A DNA stretch of 64,000 bases from Candidatus Saccharimonadota bacterium (GTDB lineage: Bacteria; Patescibacteriota; Saccharimonadia; Saccharimonadales; AWTP1-31). The stretch covers positions 50,890 through 114,889 of the forward strand of contig RXKC01000003.1 of assembly GCA_003962975.1 (NCBI GenBank), given 5' to 3'. Both the position numbers and the translations under genes were made by a program. Of this stretch, positions 28,346 to 38,218 are shown piece after piece (position 1 is the stretch's first letter; every line of letters begins with the position of its first letter). The notes beneath the pieces were generated by a model, which worked only from the letters and a program-made list of their open reading frames with translations, searched no databases and was not told the DNA's origin.

Positions 28346-29884
28346 CTATAGACAAATGCGTCCGAGAAATCGCAGATCGTCTGGAACGGGCTTGAGAGGC
28401 GGTTTGGGTTTCTCGCTGAATGCATCAAGGTCGAATACCTCTCCCTTAAACTGTGCATTAGTGCCGTGCTTCTTTTCATCTGCAATCTGGGCGAGTAAGT
28501 CATCGATATCTTGCCGTTCATGCTCATCAAATCCTGGATTCATTCGTAACCCTTGCATCATTGCTGCCGCAGCAACAATAACAGGATGATCTTTTGACAG
28601 CGCAAACGGTGGTTGACTACGTAATTCTCGAGCTTTTTCAGCAAGTATACGGTGGTCCAGAACTGCTGTGATAAGTTGCCATATTTCCTCTACCTCACCA
28701 AGGTTAGGCTCATCAACCTTAGTCAAACGACCGCCAACATCAAAATGGCAGCGCGGCAGAGGACGAATACGAGCCCCTCGAATTTCAAAGCCGCTGATTG
28801 TTCGCCCTTCGCCAGGGCGGGCGCGAGTAATTTGCCACTTCAAACCATCTGCCGTCTTGTTATTGCCACCACGCCCATCTTTGTGTTTATGAATCGAGCC
28901 AATACCAAGCGCCAACGCTACATGATCAACGACGGGGCGCTTTGGCTTTTGCGTTTCTTTACCTGCATTTGCCTCATTAGACTCGCTATCTTGCTTGTTG
29001 TTCTCAGTATTTTGCAGAGCGGTATGCCCAAATTCATGGACATCCCCAGCCTCATCAACTTCAAATTGCAATAATGCCGCACCCTTGTCGGGCAAAAGAT
29101 CCTGGTATTCTCGATAGAATTTTTGAGATTCGCCAGCTATGCGATGCGAGAGCCATGGATATCTCTGCTCTTCTTCCGAACCCTGTTTAGAAAAACTCTT
29201 ATACGGATGTATGAGTGGAATCTGTTTTTCTGGCCAGCCACTCGTTTCTAACTGATCTGCCAAACGCATTAAGCCAGCTTCTTGGGCAGGAATTTTTCGG
29301 CGATTCTCAACATGCTCCTGATGTACGTCTAGCAGCAGATCAATATGTTCACTCATGCCAGCCCGCCCGAGCACGAGAGCTTCGGAGTTATCAATTGCAT
29401 CGTCTCGATTAAAGACCAGCTTGCGCCACGTCCCTTGCTCTAGACGACTAAACCAGAGCTTGCCGTACGCGCCTTTAGCCAGGCTGTACCAATGCTGCCC
29501 AATCAGATGTTCACCAGGCTGCAGCCTATAAGCCAAACTACCGCCTAGCTCTTCACCACGTCGGATAATTGCGCCGAACGCATCAGTGGACTTTGCTTTT
29601 GCATCCGTCAGTCGCTGGTACCGTGCCAACCACTTTGTTTGCTCTATACTCAATTGAGCTCGCTGGTCAGACATTCGCAGCAGCTCGGTCAGATCGTCTG
29701 CTGGCATAACTGGCAACATATCTTGCTGATCTGCCGCGGCAAGCCACCCCTCCAGCCCAATACTTTCTAAGCCGCGGATTGTTTCTAAGTCTTTATCGCT
29801 AACTTGTAGGTAGGGATCCAAAAACACCAGCTCTTGCACTGGTGTCATCGTTGTTGCTGCTAGCCCCTCTTTACTATCAAGCAT
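28346..29884 (-). CDS. cytoplasmic protein of unknown function (512 aa; start uncertain)
   Basis: A long uninterrupted ORF in the VKOR-tilS-ftsH strand block, with no TM segment or signal peptide. No motif I can assign. Confidence 0.55.
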   Translation of the reverse strand: MLDSKEGLAATTMTPVQELVFLDPYLQVSDKDLETIRGLESIGLEGWLAAADQQDMLPVMPADDLTELLRMSDQRAQLSIEQTKWLARYQRLTDAKAKSTDAFGAIIRRGEELGGSLAYRLQPGEHLIGQHWYSLAKGAYGKLWFSRLEQGTWRKLVFNRDDAIDNSEALVLGRAGMSEHIDLLLDVHQEHVENRRKIPAQEAGLMRLADQLETSGWPEKQIPLIHPYKSFSKQGSEEEQRYPWLSHRIAGESQKFYREYQDLLPDKGAALLQFEVDEAGDVHEFGHTALQNTENNKQDSESNEANAGKETQKPKRPVVDHVALALGIGSIHKHKDGRGGNNKTADGLKWQITRARPGEGRTISGFEIRGARIRPLPRCHFDVGGRLTKVDEPNLGEVEEIWQLITAVLDHRILAEKARELRSQPPFALSKDHPVIVAAAAMMQGLRMNPGFDEHERQDIDDLLAQIADEKKHGTNAQFKGEVFDLDAFSEKPKPPLKPVPDDLRFLGRICL

Positions 29885-29961
29885 TCTGAAACTTCATTGT
29901 AAACAGAGCCTTTGTGATTTTCTACAAAAGCTTATAATTCTACAACAATTAGACAAAATGT

Positions 29962-30579
29962 CTAAAGAACAGTTTGCCAGTAGTACCAGAATCGATTCAG
30001 GATAAGTCCGATGATAATTACATACCACAGTACCAAAATGTCACCGTGGTGCCGCTGCATAAACTCTGAAACTGACTGAAAACGTTTGGGCACTTTTATA
30101 TGTCCCATGCGCAAATTGTATAGAGTCGTATATAAAAATATCGGAATCATGATTGTCCAGACCACCATGCACCAGGGACATAAAGCGCCAATGTCATACA
30201 GTGCTGAATACATCAGCCAATGCACAAAGGCGATACCAAAGATCGTTCCGGCTTGCAGTCCTAACCAGAACCACCGCTTAAACGTAGCTCCTGCCAAGAG
30301 CGCCATACCAATAGTTGTGACCACACCAAAACCAAAGATACCGATGAGTGGGTTCATAAACCCAAAGGCTTCAGCCTGCGGTGAACGTATGATCGAGCCA
30401 CAACTGATAACGGGGTTTATGTTGCAGTTAGGAACGTAAGACGGATCTTTCAGGATATGAATCTTTTCAAGCGTCAGTATAAATGCAGCCAGTAAGCCGA
30501 TGATTCCTAAGATTGCCAAAATATAGCCAATTGTTTTTTGAAGAGTAAGTGGTTTCTTTGTAGGTGCTTTTGTTGCCAT
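29962..30579 (-). CDS. vitamin K epoxide reductase (VKOR) family membrane protein
   Basis: Start is preferred at MATKAPTKKP (30579). Loop Cys pair NCNINPVISC, active-site CPWC in a TM helix, and 4-5 TM segments. The 114-codon N-terminal extension in the ORF track crosses a structured non-coding region. Confidence 0.8.
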   Translation of the reverse strand: MATKAPTKKPLTLQKTIGYILAILGIIGLLAAFILTLEKIHILKDPSYVPNCNINPVISCGSIIRSPQAEAFGFMNPLIGIFGFGVVTTIGMALLAGATFKRWFWLGLQAGTIFGIAFVHWLMYSALYDIGALCPWCMVVWTIMIPIFLYTTLYNLRMGHIKVPKRFQSVSEFMQRHHGDILVLWYVIIIGLILNRFWYYWQTVL

Positions 30580-30610
30580 ACCTACATAATACACTGTCCT
30601 ACCGCGACTT

Positions 30611-30740
30611 GGCTTGGTGCTATTCCTGTTATGGCAAATCCGCACGAGCGGCGAAACCGAACGGGTTTCGGGCCGCGAGCTCAGGACTCTGTAGCCAGAA
30701 CAGGAATAGCCCAAGGCAACTACGCACAGTGCGGATTTGC
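30611..30740. ncRNA. candidate structured RNA / leader with two long interleaved helices (family unknown, strand undetermined)
   Basis: Helix A pairs 30613-30630 with 30699-30715 (17 bp, one bulge). Helix B pairs 30634-30645 with 30729-30740 (12 bp, perfect). An internal GC-rich hairpin spans 30648-30676. The order A-B-A'-B' implies a pseudoknot or mutually exclusive folds. Confidence 0.35.
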
Positions 30741-30798
30741 AAAAATCATACAATCCCAAGTCTAGCGCTGCATCTTGGTTTCTTTGTACAATAGAGGC

Positions 30799-31356
30799 AT
30801 GAAGCCGCTTTATCTTGCCAGCATTCCAAAAAGCAAACGCCCTCTTTTTGTACCAGACTTTGCTGCTGAAAGTATTTTGGATGTCGACTTTGCAGCCATC
30901 AGAAAACTGGGTGTCAAACATTTACTGATCGACCTTGACTTAACCCTACGTAAAAAAATGACTAGAAAGCTAGAGCCAGCGATTATTGAATACTTGACGA
31001 TCACCATGAAAAAGCACGGCTTTAGTTCTCTTAATATTGCCAGCAACAACATGCTCGATCTATCTGGCTATGGTAATTCTATTAAGGCCAAAGTTTTTCA
31101 GCCATTTTGGAAGCGACTAGTATTAATTCGCAAACCACACCGCTTATTCTTTGATCGCATTACGAAAACGCTAGGCGCTGATCCTAAAGAGTGCGTCATG
31201 ATCGGCGACAAACTTCGCGGCGATGTGTTTGGCGGCAACCAAGCTGGCATGTATACCGTCCATGTCAAACCCAAGGGTCAAGATTACTGGTACGACTTGA
31301 TCCTGTTTACGCGCTACCGCGAAAGACGATCTTTGAGCCGACATCATAAGAAATAA
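30799..31356 (+). CDS. YqeG-family HAD-IIIA phosphatase
   Basis: ATG at 30799 follows AGAGG. Motifs: HLLIDLDLTL (motif I), KP, and MIGDKLRGDVFGGNQAGMYTV (motif IV). Confidence 0.75.
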   Translation: MKPLYLASIPKSKRPLFVPDFAAESILDVDFAAIRKLGVKHLLIDLDLTLRKKMTRKLEPAIIEYLTITMKKHGFSSLNIASNNMLDLSGYGNSIKAKVFQPFWKRLVLIRKPHRLFFDRITKTLGADPKECVMIGDKLRGDVFGGNQAGMYTVHVKPKGQDYWYDLILFTRYRERRSLSRHHKK

Positions 31357-32025
31357 TTATGGCTGAGGCTGTTTGCTAGGTGATGCTGGTTCAGCAGCTC
31401 TTGAAATGATGGCGTCTACATTTCCCCAACCCATTACTCCGGCAGCACTGAGGCTTGGGTAAGTAACCGGCGTAACACGATTTGGTTTGCCGGCAGCACC
31501 AGAGTTGCCTTCGATTGTGTATAGCTCGGCGCCATTCATTTTCGTGACAATGCCAGTATGACTGCGCGAGAACAAAATAACATCACCTGGCTGTGGTGCA
31601 ACTGGCGCTTTAGCGCCTGTGTATTCTTGGTAGGCACCCATACTTATAAACAGATCCCGCAAGTTACCTGATTGTGGGCCGCGGTATACAGCCGGCACAC
31701 GCCAATCACCGTCTCGCAGCGGATACCCACTGTTCTTCATAACCCAGCTCACAAAATAGGCACACCATTCTGGGTTGTCAGAGCGACCTGTGTATTCACG
31801 AACACGTGCGCTGCCGTCCAGGTGTCCGGTTTCGCCGTGAGCCACCCGTAAGATGTTGAATCGCTGCGATGTGTAGTTGGTTTGTGCAGAACTGGTACGC
31901 AAAATAGCCGTGCCCAGTACTGCAAAGACTGCAACAACCATACCAATGCGCACCTTGTTAGATTGCTCGGTTACAAACAGAAAAAGGTTTCGTTTCTTTT
32001 TTATAGGCTTTTTTTGTTTTGGCAT
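31357..32025 (-). CDS. secreted CHAP-domain peptidoglycan amidase/peptidase
   Basis: Leader MPKQKKPIKKKRN... Catalytic Cys in PEWCAYFVSWV, His in SRSHTGIV, and TIEGNSG. Confidence 0.75.
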   Translation of the reverse strand: MPKQKKPIKKKRNLFLFVTEQSNKVRIGMVVAVFAVLGTAILRTSSAQTNYTSQRFNILRVAHGETGHLDGSARVREYTGRSDNPEWCAYFVSWVMKNSGYPLRDGDWRVPAVYRGPQSGNLRDLFISMGAYQEYTGAKAPVAPQPGDVILFSRSHTGIVTKMNGAELYTIEGNSGAAGKPNRVTPVTYPSLSAAGVMGWGNVDAIISRAAEPASPSKQPQP

Positions 32026-32099
32026 AATTTACTCTTACACAAAGTTAACCTCACCTCTACTGTAGTTGTCAATAAGCGTAAGGTGTTAGCGTGTAGCGG

Positions 32100-33350
<1,251 letters not shown>

Positions 33351-33361
33351 TCAACAGTATA

Positions 33362-34147
33362 TCACCCCTCGAGATACTCGATTAGCCCAACAGCATTGGC
33401 CGTCACAAAACGTAGGTTATCGATGGCCACCCCAAGTGTGAAATCTATTCCATCCTCGCCGGCATGCATCTGCGTGCGGAGCAGCATTCTATCCGTGCCT
33501 TCCACTGCCGCGGTATCAAGTGGTTCATTACTTGAACGATTCAGTAAATCAAACGGTGTATCACCCGATAACGTGCCAGTGACCACTGTCAAAAGACCGG
33601 CTCTAGCTGCATCCGATACCACTGGTGTGAGTCGGTTGACCGTAATATTTGAGCCAAAGGCTGCTTCAATTTCTTTGCTATGCGGATGTTCATCGTTCAA
33701 GCGATTTGCCATCCATATGCCACCTTGCTGTTCGCGCGGCGCATAACTTTTGCCACCAACACAGACGACATCTACCGCACCCTGCACATATGGTTCTAGA
33801 CCACTGTCTCGTAAACCACGGATCGTTGCTCCGGCCATGCAGCCTGGGTTCGAAAAGACGGTCGCATCACGCTTAAAGTCTTCTTCCCACGGCTGGCCGT
33901 CTGCACCGAGCAAAGCATACTGCCCATACCCAAAGCGTTTTGACCGGCCTGACAAGTCAATGACCCGCTTGCCTCCCATAACCAAATCCATCAGCCGTTC
34001 GCCAAGTTCAACATGCGACGGCAAGCAGATGGCAACGGTGTCAGCCGCATGATCTGTTTTTACAATCTCGTGACCTCTTTCAGCTGCTACCTCTGCTAGA
34101 TCGCTACCAATGCGGCCACCTTGTCCAAGTATATGTACTTTTGCCAT
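33362..34147 (-). CDS. short ArgC/LysY-like semialdehyde dehydrogenase family protein
   Basis: Motifs: FSNPGCMAGATI (ArgC ANPGCYPT active-site Cys), HPHSKEIEAAFG (HxxEIE), TPVVSDAARAGLL, and AIDNLRFVTANAVG (AIDNLVKGAAGQAV in ArgC). At 261 aa it is shorter than canonical ArgC. Confidence 0.6.
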   Translation of the reverse strand: MAKVHILGQGGRIGSDLAEVAAERGHEIVKTDHAADTVAICLPSHVELGERLMDLVMGGKRVIDLSGRSKRFGYGQYALLGADGQPWEEDFKRDATVFSNPGCMAGATIRGLRDSGLEPYVQGAVDVVCVGGKSYAPREQQGGIWMANRLNDEHPHSKEIEAAFGSNITVNRLTPVVSDAARAGLLTVVTGTLSGDTPFDLLNRSSNEPLDTAAVEGTDRMLLRTQMHAGEDGIDFTLGVAIDNLRFVTANAVGLIEYLEG

Positions 34148-34149
34148 TG

Positions 34150-34833
34150 TTATATCCTCCCGTTAGCCAGCCATTTTTTGGCTGATAGTAAATCGATTTC
34201 ACAAGCCAACACACTCGCCACTCTATCGTTTGGCGCTTCGACCGGTACTTCCTTTTGCCGTTGCACCATGATGACTCGACGCTGTTCTTTACCGAGTTTT
34301 TGCAGATCGTTTGCTACAGTCATATCCAGATCGTTATCGCGTAGCTGCTTATGGGCAACTTCTACCAGTTCGTCTTCTTCGACTCCGCTGAGTAGCTTAA
34401 AGCCAATCAGCGTGGAGTGTGGTCCAAAATGATGTCGTAGTGCCGCCAAGATTTTTTGTGTGCGCTGCATGCGTACAGCCAGTTCCGCTTGGTCAGAACG
34501 AATTTTGCCCGGCTCCCGCACGGGCGCATAGTCTGCCACCGCCGCACTGTGCACAACCACATTTGCTGACTCAATCGACAGAAGCTTATCTTCTAAACTT
34601 GCTGCCGTAGTAAAGGTGTCGTAGGTCACCAAGTCACTATCGCCAAAACGGTCGATTGATTCTTGCGGAGCTAGACAAAGTACCCTCCTGCCCATTTGTG
34701 CCATTTCGTCAGCAATCGCCAGTCCTAGCCGACCAGCTGAAAAGTTGCCGACAAAACGCACATCATCAATTGGCTCTCGGGTGCCGCCAGCCGTCACCAC
34801 GATGTCTTGTTGTACGCACTCTGGGTTTGCCAT
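34150..34833 (-). CDS. coaB: phosphopantothenate-cysteine ligase (stand-alone CoaB domain)
   Basis: VVTAGGTREPIDDVRFVGNFSAGRLG, HSAAVADYAP, IGFKLL and VANDL. No CoaC flavoprotein domain is attached. Confidence 0.8.
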   Translation of the reverse strand: MANPECVQQDIVVTAGGTREPIDDVRFVGNFSAGRLGLAIADEMAQMGRRVLCLAPQESIDRFGDSDLVTYDTFTTAASLEDKLLSIESANVVVHSAAVADYAPVREPGKIRSDQAELAVRMQRTQKILAALRHHFGPHSTLIGFKLLSGVEEDELVEVAHKQLRDNDLDMTVANDLQKLGKEQRRVIMVQRQKEVPVEAPNDRVASVLACEIDLLSAKKWLANGRI

Positions 34834-34963
34834 ATCTGCCTCCTTGTTTACGAGCTCAGTCTATGCCGGAGTGAAAATATTTAGAATATCCAATTATATT
34901 CGACTTTTATAGCAGTAAATTTACACTTTAAATATAGTAATAATATTATATAATGAAATTATA

Positions 34964-35737
34964 ATGACCCAGTTGATTCCATTCCTCGTTAGTATCGGGC
35001 TTTCTAAAACCGAAGCCACTATATACCTAGCGGCCATGCAAAAAAAGACAATCGGCGTGGACGAATTGCTAAAGATTGTTGATGTAAAACGTCCAGCCAT
35101 TTATCCAGCTGTGCGCAACCTTGTTCGCAAAGGTTTAGTTACCACAGCAACTGAGGAGGGCAAATTAGTAATTGCTGCCAAATCTAAAGAACGTATACAG
35201 GCCTACCTATCCGACCAGACCAAGATTATCGAACAGCAATCACAAACCTTTACGCATTTGCAGCATCTATTCCCAGAGGTTCCCAGCGAACAGGAACGTC
35301 CTGCTATTCAACTCTTTAATGATATCGGCGGTATTAAGCAGGTTGTCGAAAAGGCACTCGAGTGCAAAGACCGCAAGTGGCGCATCATTGCACCGAAGCA
35401 AAACTTCTTTTCAGAGTTCGACCGCGAATTTGCTGACTACTTTATCGATAAACGCGCTGCCCGCAATATTCAAGCCAAAAGCTTGTGGGAAGCAGGTTTT
35501 AGAGCCGATGATCGCCCCTTGTCATTACAAGAAATTGCTCTGCGTCGCCCACGCTTTTTACCACTCGAATATACCGGCAAATTCTCAGCGGTTATCATTA
35601 TTTTTGATGACTATGTCGCCTCTATTTCCTCACTCAAAGGCCACCACGCAGTACTCGTCAAATCATCAGAAATGACCAAGACTATGAACGTTATGTTCGA
35701 CGCTTTGTGGCAGTTTTCACACAGCACTACTCGATAA
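34964..35737 (+). CDS. TrmB-family transcriptional regulator
   Basis: N-terminal wHTH (IGLSKTEATIYLAAMQKKTIGVDELLKIVDVKRPAIYPAVRNLVRKGLV). The 3' end overlaps queA convergently by 11 nt. Confidence 0.6.
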   Translation: MTQLIPFLVSIGLSKTEATIYLAAMQKKTIGVDELLKIVDVKRPAIYPAVRNLVRKGLVTTATEEGKLVIAAKSKERIQAYLSDQTKIIEQQSQTFTHLQHLFPEVPSEQERPAIQLFNDIGGIKQVVEKALECKDRKWRIIAPKQNFFSEFDREFADYFIDKRAARNIQAKSLWEAGFRADDRPLSLQEIALRRPRFLPLEYTGKFSAVIIIFDDYVASISSLKGHHAVLVKSSEMTKTMNVMFDALWQFSHSTTR

Positions 35738-36770
35738 TGAGCATGCTGTCGCCGTAGCTCAGGAAGGCATAGTTTTCGGCTAGCGCGTGTTCGTAGGCGG
35801 CTTTTAGATGTTCCCAATCTGCAAAAGCCGCAGCCATCATCAGGACTGTCGATTTTGGAGCATGGTAGTTTGTCAGTAAGCCGTCGACAACCTTGAACTC
35901 GTAGCCAGGATAGATAAAGATGTCGGCCTCGCCATGAATTGGCTGAGCTCGATCAATTTCGGCAACCGCCATAATATCTGCGGCCGCATATTCTAGCGTA
36001 CGAGTTACCGTTGTGCCGACAGCGATGACGCGGCGACCCGATTGTTTTGCTCGAGCTATGGCCTGCGCAGTCACAACCGGAACCTCAAAGTACTCTTGGT
36101 GCATTTTGTGTTTAGTGACATCATCTACTCGAATCGGCATAAAGGTCCCAAGGCCAACATGTAGAGTAAGTTCGACTACCTCTACACCTTTGCTGCGAAT
36201 TGTCTCTAGTAAAGCAGGCGTCATGTTTAAGCTCGCAGTAGGTGCTGCTACCGAACCCCGCTCGCGGGCAAATACCGTTTGGTATCGTTCCCGGTCATCA
36301 GCTTCTTCACGACGGTGCATATAGGGCGGCAAGGGAACTTCTCCCTGCTCTTCGGCCAATTGCCATAGGTCATGTTCGCTGCTAATTTTTGCAGTACCGT
36401 TCTGAAAAACCTCTTCAACAGCTACAGTGCTGCCTCCGATATGTAGCTGTTGACCAGGTCGAATCTTTCGTCGGTACATGACCAATGATGTGTGGTGGTC
36501 ACTTCCCTGTCCATGTTTTTCAAGCAGGAGTAGTTCCCGTTCTTCGTCTGTCTCCGTTTTTGCAAGTAAGCGAGCGGGCAGCACCTTAGTATTGTTCAGT
36601 ACCAACACGTCACCCGATTGGAGCTGCTGGCTCAGGTTTTTATATACGTCATCCACGATGCTGCCAGTTTGTTTATCAAGTACCAGTAAGCGTGAGCTGC
36701 CCCGCTCTTTCGGTGGATGGATAGCAATGGCGCTTTCTGGCAAGTCATAATCGTAGTCTGAAAGTTGCAT
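35727..36770 (-). CDS. queA: S-adenosylmethionine:tRNA ribosyltransferase-isomerase
   Basis: MQLSDYDYDLPESAIAIHPPKERGSSRLLVL ... LPPYM ... AVGTTVTRTLE ... LLTNYHAPKSTVLMM. The ATG at 36770 follows GAGG. Confidence 0.95.
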   Translation of the reverse strand: MQLSDYDYDLPESAIAIHPPKERGSSRLLVLDKQTGSIVDDVYKNLSQQLQSGDVLVLNNTKVLPARLLAKTETDEERELLLLEKHGQGSDHHTSLVMYRRKIRPGQQLHIGGSTVAVEEVFQNGTAKISSEHDLWQLAEEQGEVPLPPYMHRREEADDRERYQTVFARERGSVAAPTASLNMTPALLETIRSKGVEVVELTLHVGLGTFMPIRVDDVTKHKMHQEYFEVPVVTAQAIARAKQSGRRVIAVGTTVTRTLEYAAADIMAVAEIDRAQPIHGEADIFIYPGYEFKVVDGLLTNYHAPKSTVLMMAAAFADWEHLKAAYEHALAENYAFLSYGDSMLIIE

Positions 36771-36995
36771 CGCCTCAGTATACTGCACCACTTGTGAATT
36801 GTCTTACAGCAAGCATGTAAGAAACCTCATAGTTTGGCACTGTTTTCCGTCATATAGTTAACGCATGCTAAGCAAACCCATTCGCTTAGCATAGAATGAT
36901 CGCCCCTTTCCTACCAGGGCAATACAGCCCCCGCTCTAACACTGGGTTTAGCAGTTACTCAGTCACAAAAGTTTAGAGTGGGGGCGTATAATTTG

Positions 36996-37628
36996 TCAGT
37001 CAATTTCGTAATGCATGTACTCACGACCATGTACCGCAAGCGTCATTTCCGCTAGTGGAACAATGGTTGTCGAACGATATAGCTTAGCAAGTGAGGCTGG
37101 TCGCGCAAGTGCGATGCCATTCTCGCCAATTTTGCTAATAATGATTGTCGGTTCCATAGGTAATCTCACACCAATGTGATCAGTATTTGGCTCAGGTGAG
37201 TCAGGATTATCAAAAAGTATAGGCACCATGAATGGAAGCTCTTCTATCTGCTCTCTATCATCGGTAGCAAAAGGCTCACCCAGTGGAGTGTAATGCTTTT
37301 TCTTTGAAGGCTGATCCCAAAATTGCCCATCCGACACAGGGTCATACGCTGCTCCACACAACATACCACCAAACACAGTACAGTCCGCAGCATAGCCTGC
37401 TCCTTCTAGTTTTCTAATTCTCCCCATGGTGTCGGCTAAACCGGTTAGCGTCAGCTCATCTAAAGCCACCCGCGTTTGATTTACCCATAAGCCTGCCGGT
37501 CTCTCGGGTATTTCAGTAGCAAACGCCACCACCGCAGTACTGCCCTGCATATCACGAGCAATTACTAACTCTTCTTCGAACCTTAGCGGGCCAAACTCAG
37601 CAACCCTAGCATCAACCATTTTTGACAT
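36996..37628 (-). CDS. hypothetical cytoplasmic protein (210 aa)
   Basis: ORF only; no recognisable motif. Confidence 0.5.
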   Translation of the reverse strand: MSKMVDARVAEFGPLRFEEELVIARDMQGSTAVVAFATEIPERPAGLWVNQTRVALDELTLTGLADTMGRIRKLEGAGYAADCTVFGGMLCGAAYDPVSDGQFWDQPSKKKHYTPLGEPFATDDREQIEELPFMVPILFDNPDSPEPNTDHIGVRLPMEPTIIISKIGENGIALARPASLAKLYRSTTIVPLAEMTLAVHGREYMHYEID

Positions 37629-37684
37629 TAAGATAATTTATACCACTTTACCCACATTTATCAAGTTTCAGTTACTATGAGTAC

Positions 37685-38218
37685 ATGCCGCATATAAATA
37701 CTGGGCCTGGCGAACATGATCTGACAGCAAGCGCCTTTATTATCCGCACCGACACACCAGAACCAACTGCCATGGTGCATCAGCACAAGTTACTACCCTT
37801 AAAGCTGCAGTTTGGCGGCCATGTCGAAAAGACAGAGAGTCCTTGGCAAGCCATTGGCCACGAACTATCAGAAGAGACTGGTTACACATTAGAAGAGTTA
37901 ATGATACTGCAACCGCACGATCGCATTCGTAGTACAGCCACCACAACAATCCTTCCCTACCCAGTCATGATGCAAACGCATCAGTTTGGATATATCGATC
38001 ATTATCATAATGATGTTGATTATGCGTTTGTAGCCACCGCACCCCCCACTCAGACACCAGGTGACGGCGAATCAACTGACTTTGTACTATTAACAGCCAC
38101 CGAAATTGAAGGGCTAGATGACACGCAGATGCCCGAGAATGTTCGCTTGGCCTTTCTTTTTATTATGGAAGTCTGTCTGGAAAAGTGGGAACATGTGCCA
38201 GCAGACACCCTAGCCTAA
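37685..38218 (+). CDS. NUDIX hydrolase
   Basis: Nudix box GGHVEKTESPWQAIGHELSEETGY (GX5EX7[R/H]EXXEEXG). Confidence 0.75.
   Translation: MPHINTGPGEHDLTASAFIIRTDTPEPTAMVHQHKLLPLKLQFGGHVEKTESPWQAIGHELSEETGYTLEELMILQPHDRIRSTATTTILPYPVMMQTHQFGYIDHYHNDVDYAFVATAPPTQTPGDGESTDFVLLTATEIEGLDDTQMPENVRLAFLFIMEVCLEKWEHVPADTLA

Noticed and set aside
30611-30740. Possibility that the structured element is SRP (4.5S) RNA, suggested by CCAGAACAGGAAUAGCCCAAGGC versus CCGGAAGGAAGCAGCCAAGGC.
   Set aside because: No GNRA-capped helix 8 can be drawn, and the symmetric-loop motifs are absent. It is kept as an unknown structured RNA, not called as ffs.
30580-30921. 114-codon N-terminal extension of the VKOR ORF.
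   Set aside because: The extension crosses the highly structured non-coding element. The VKOR homology and first TM helix begin just after the internal ATG at 30579.
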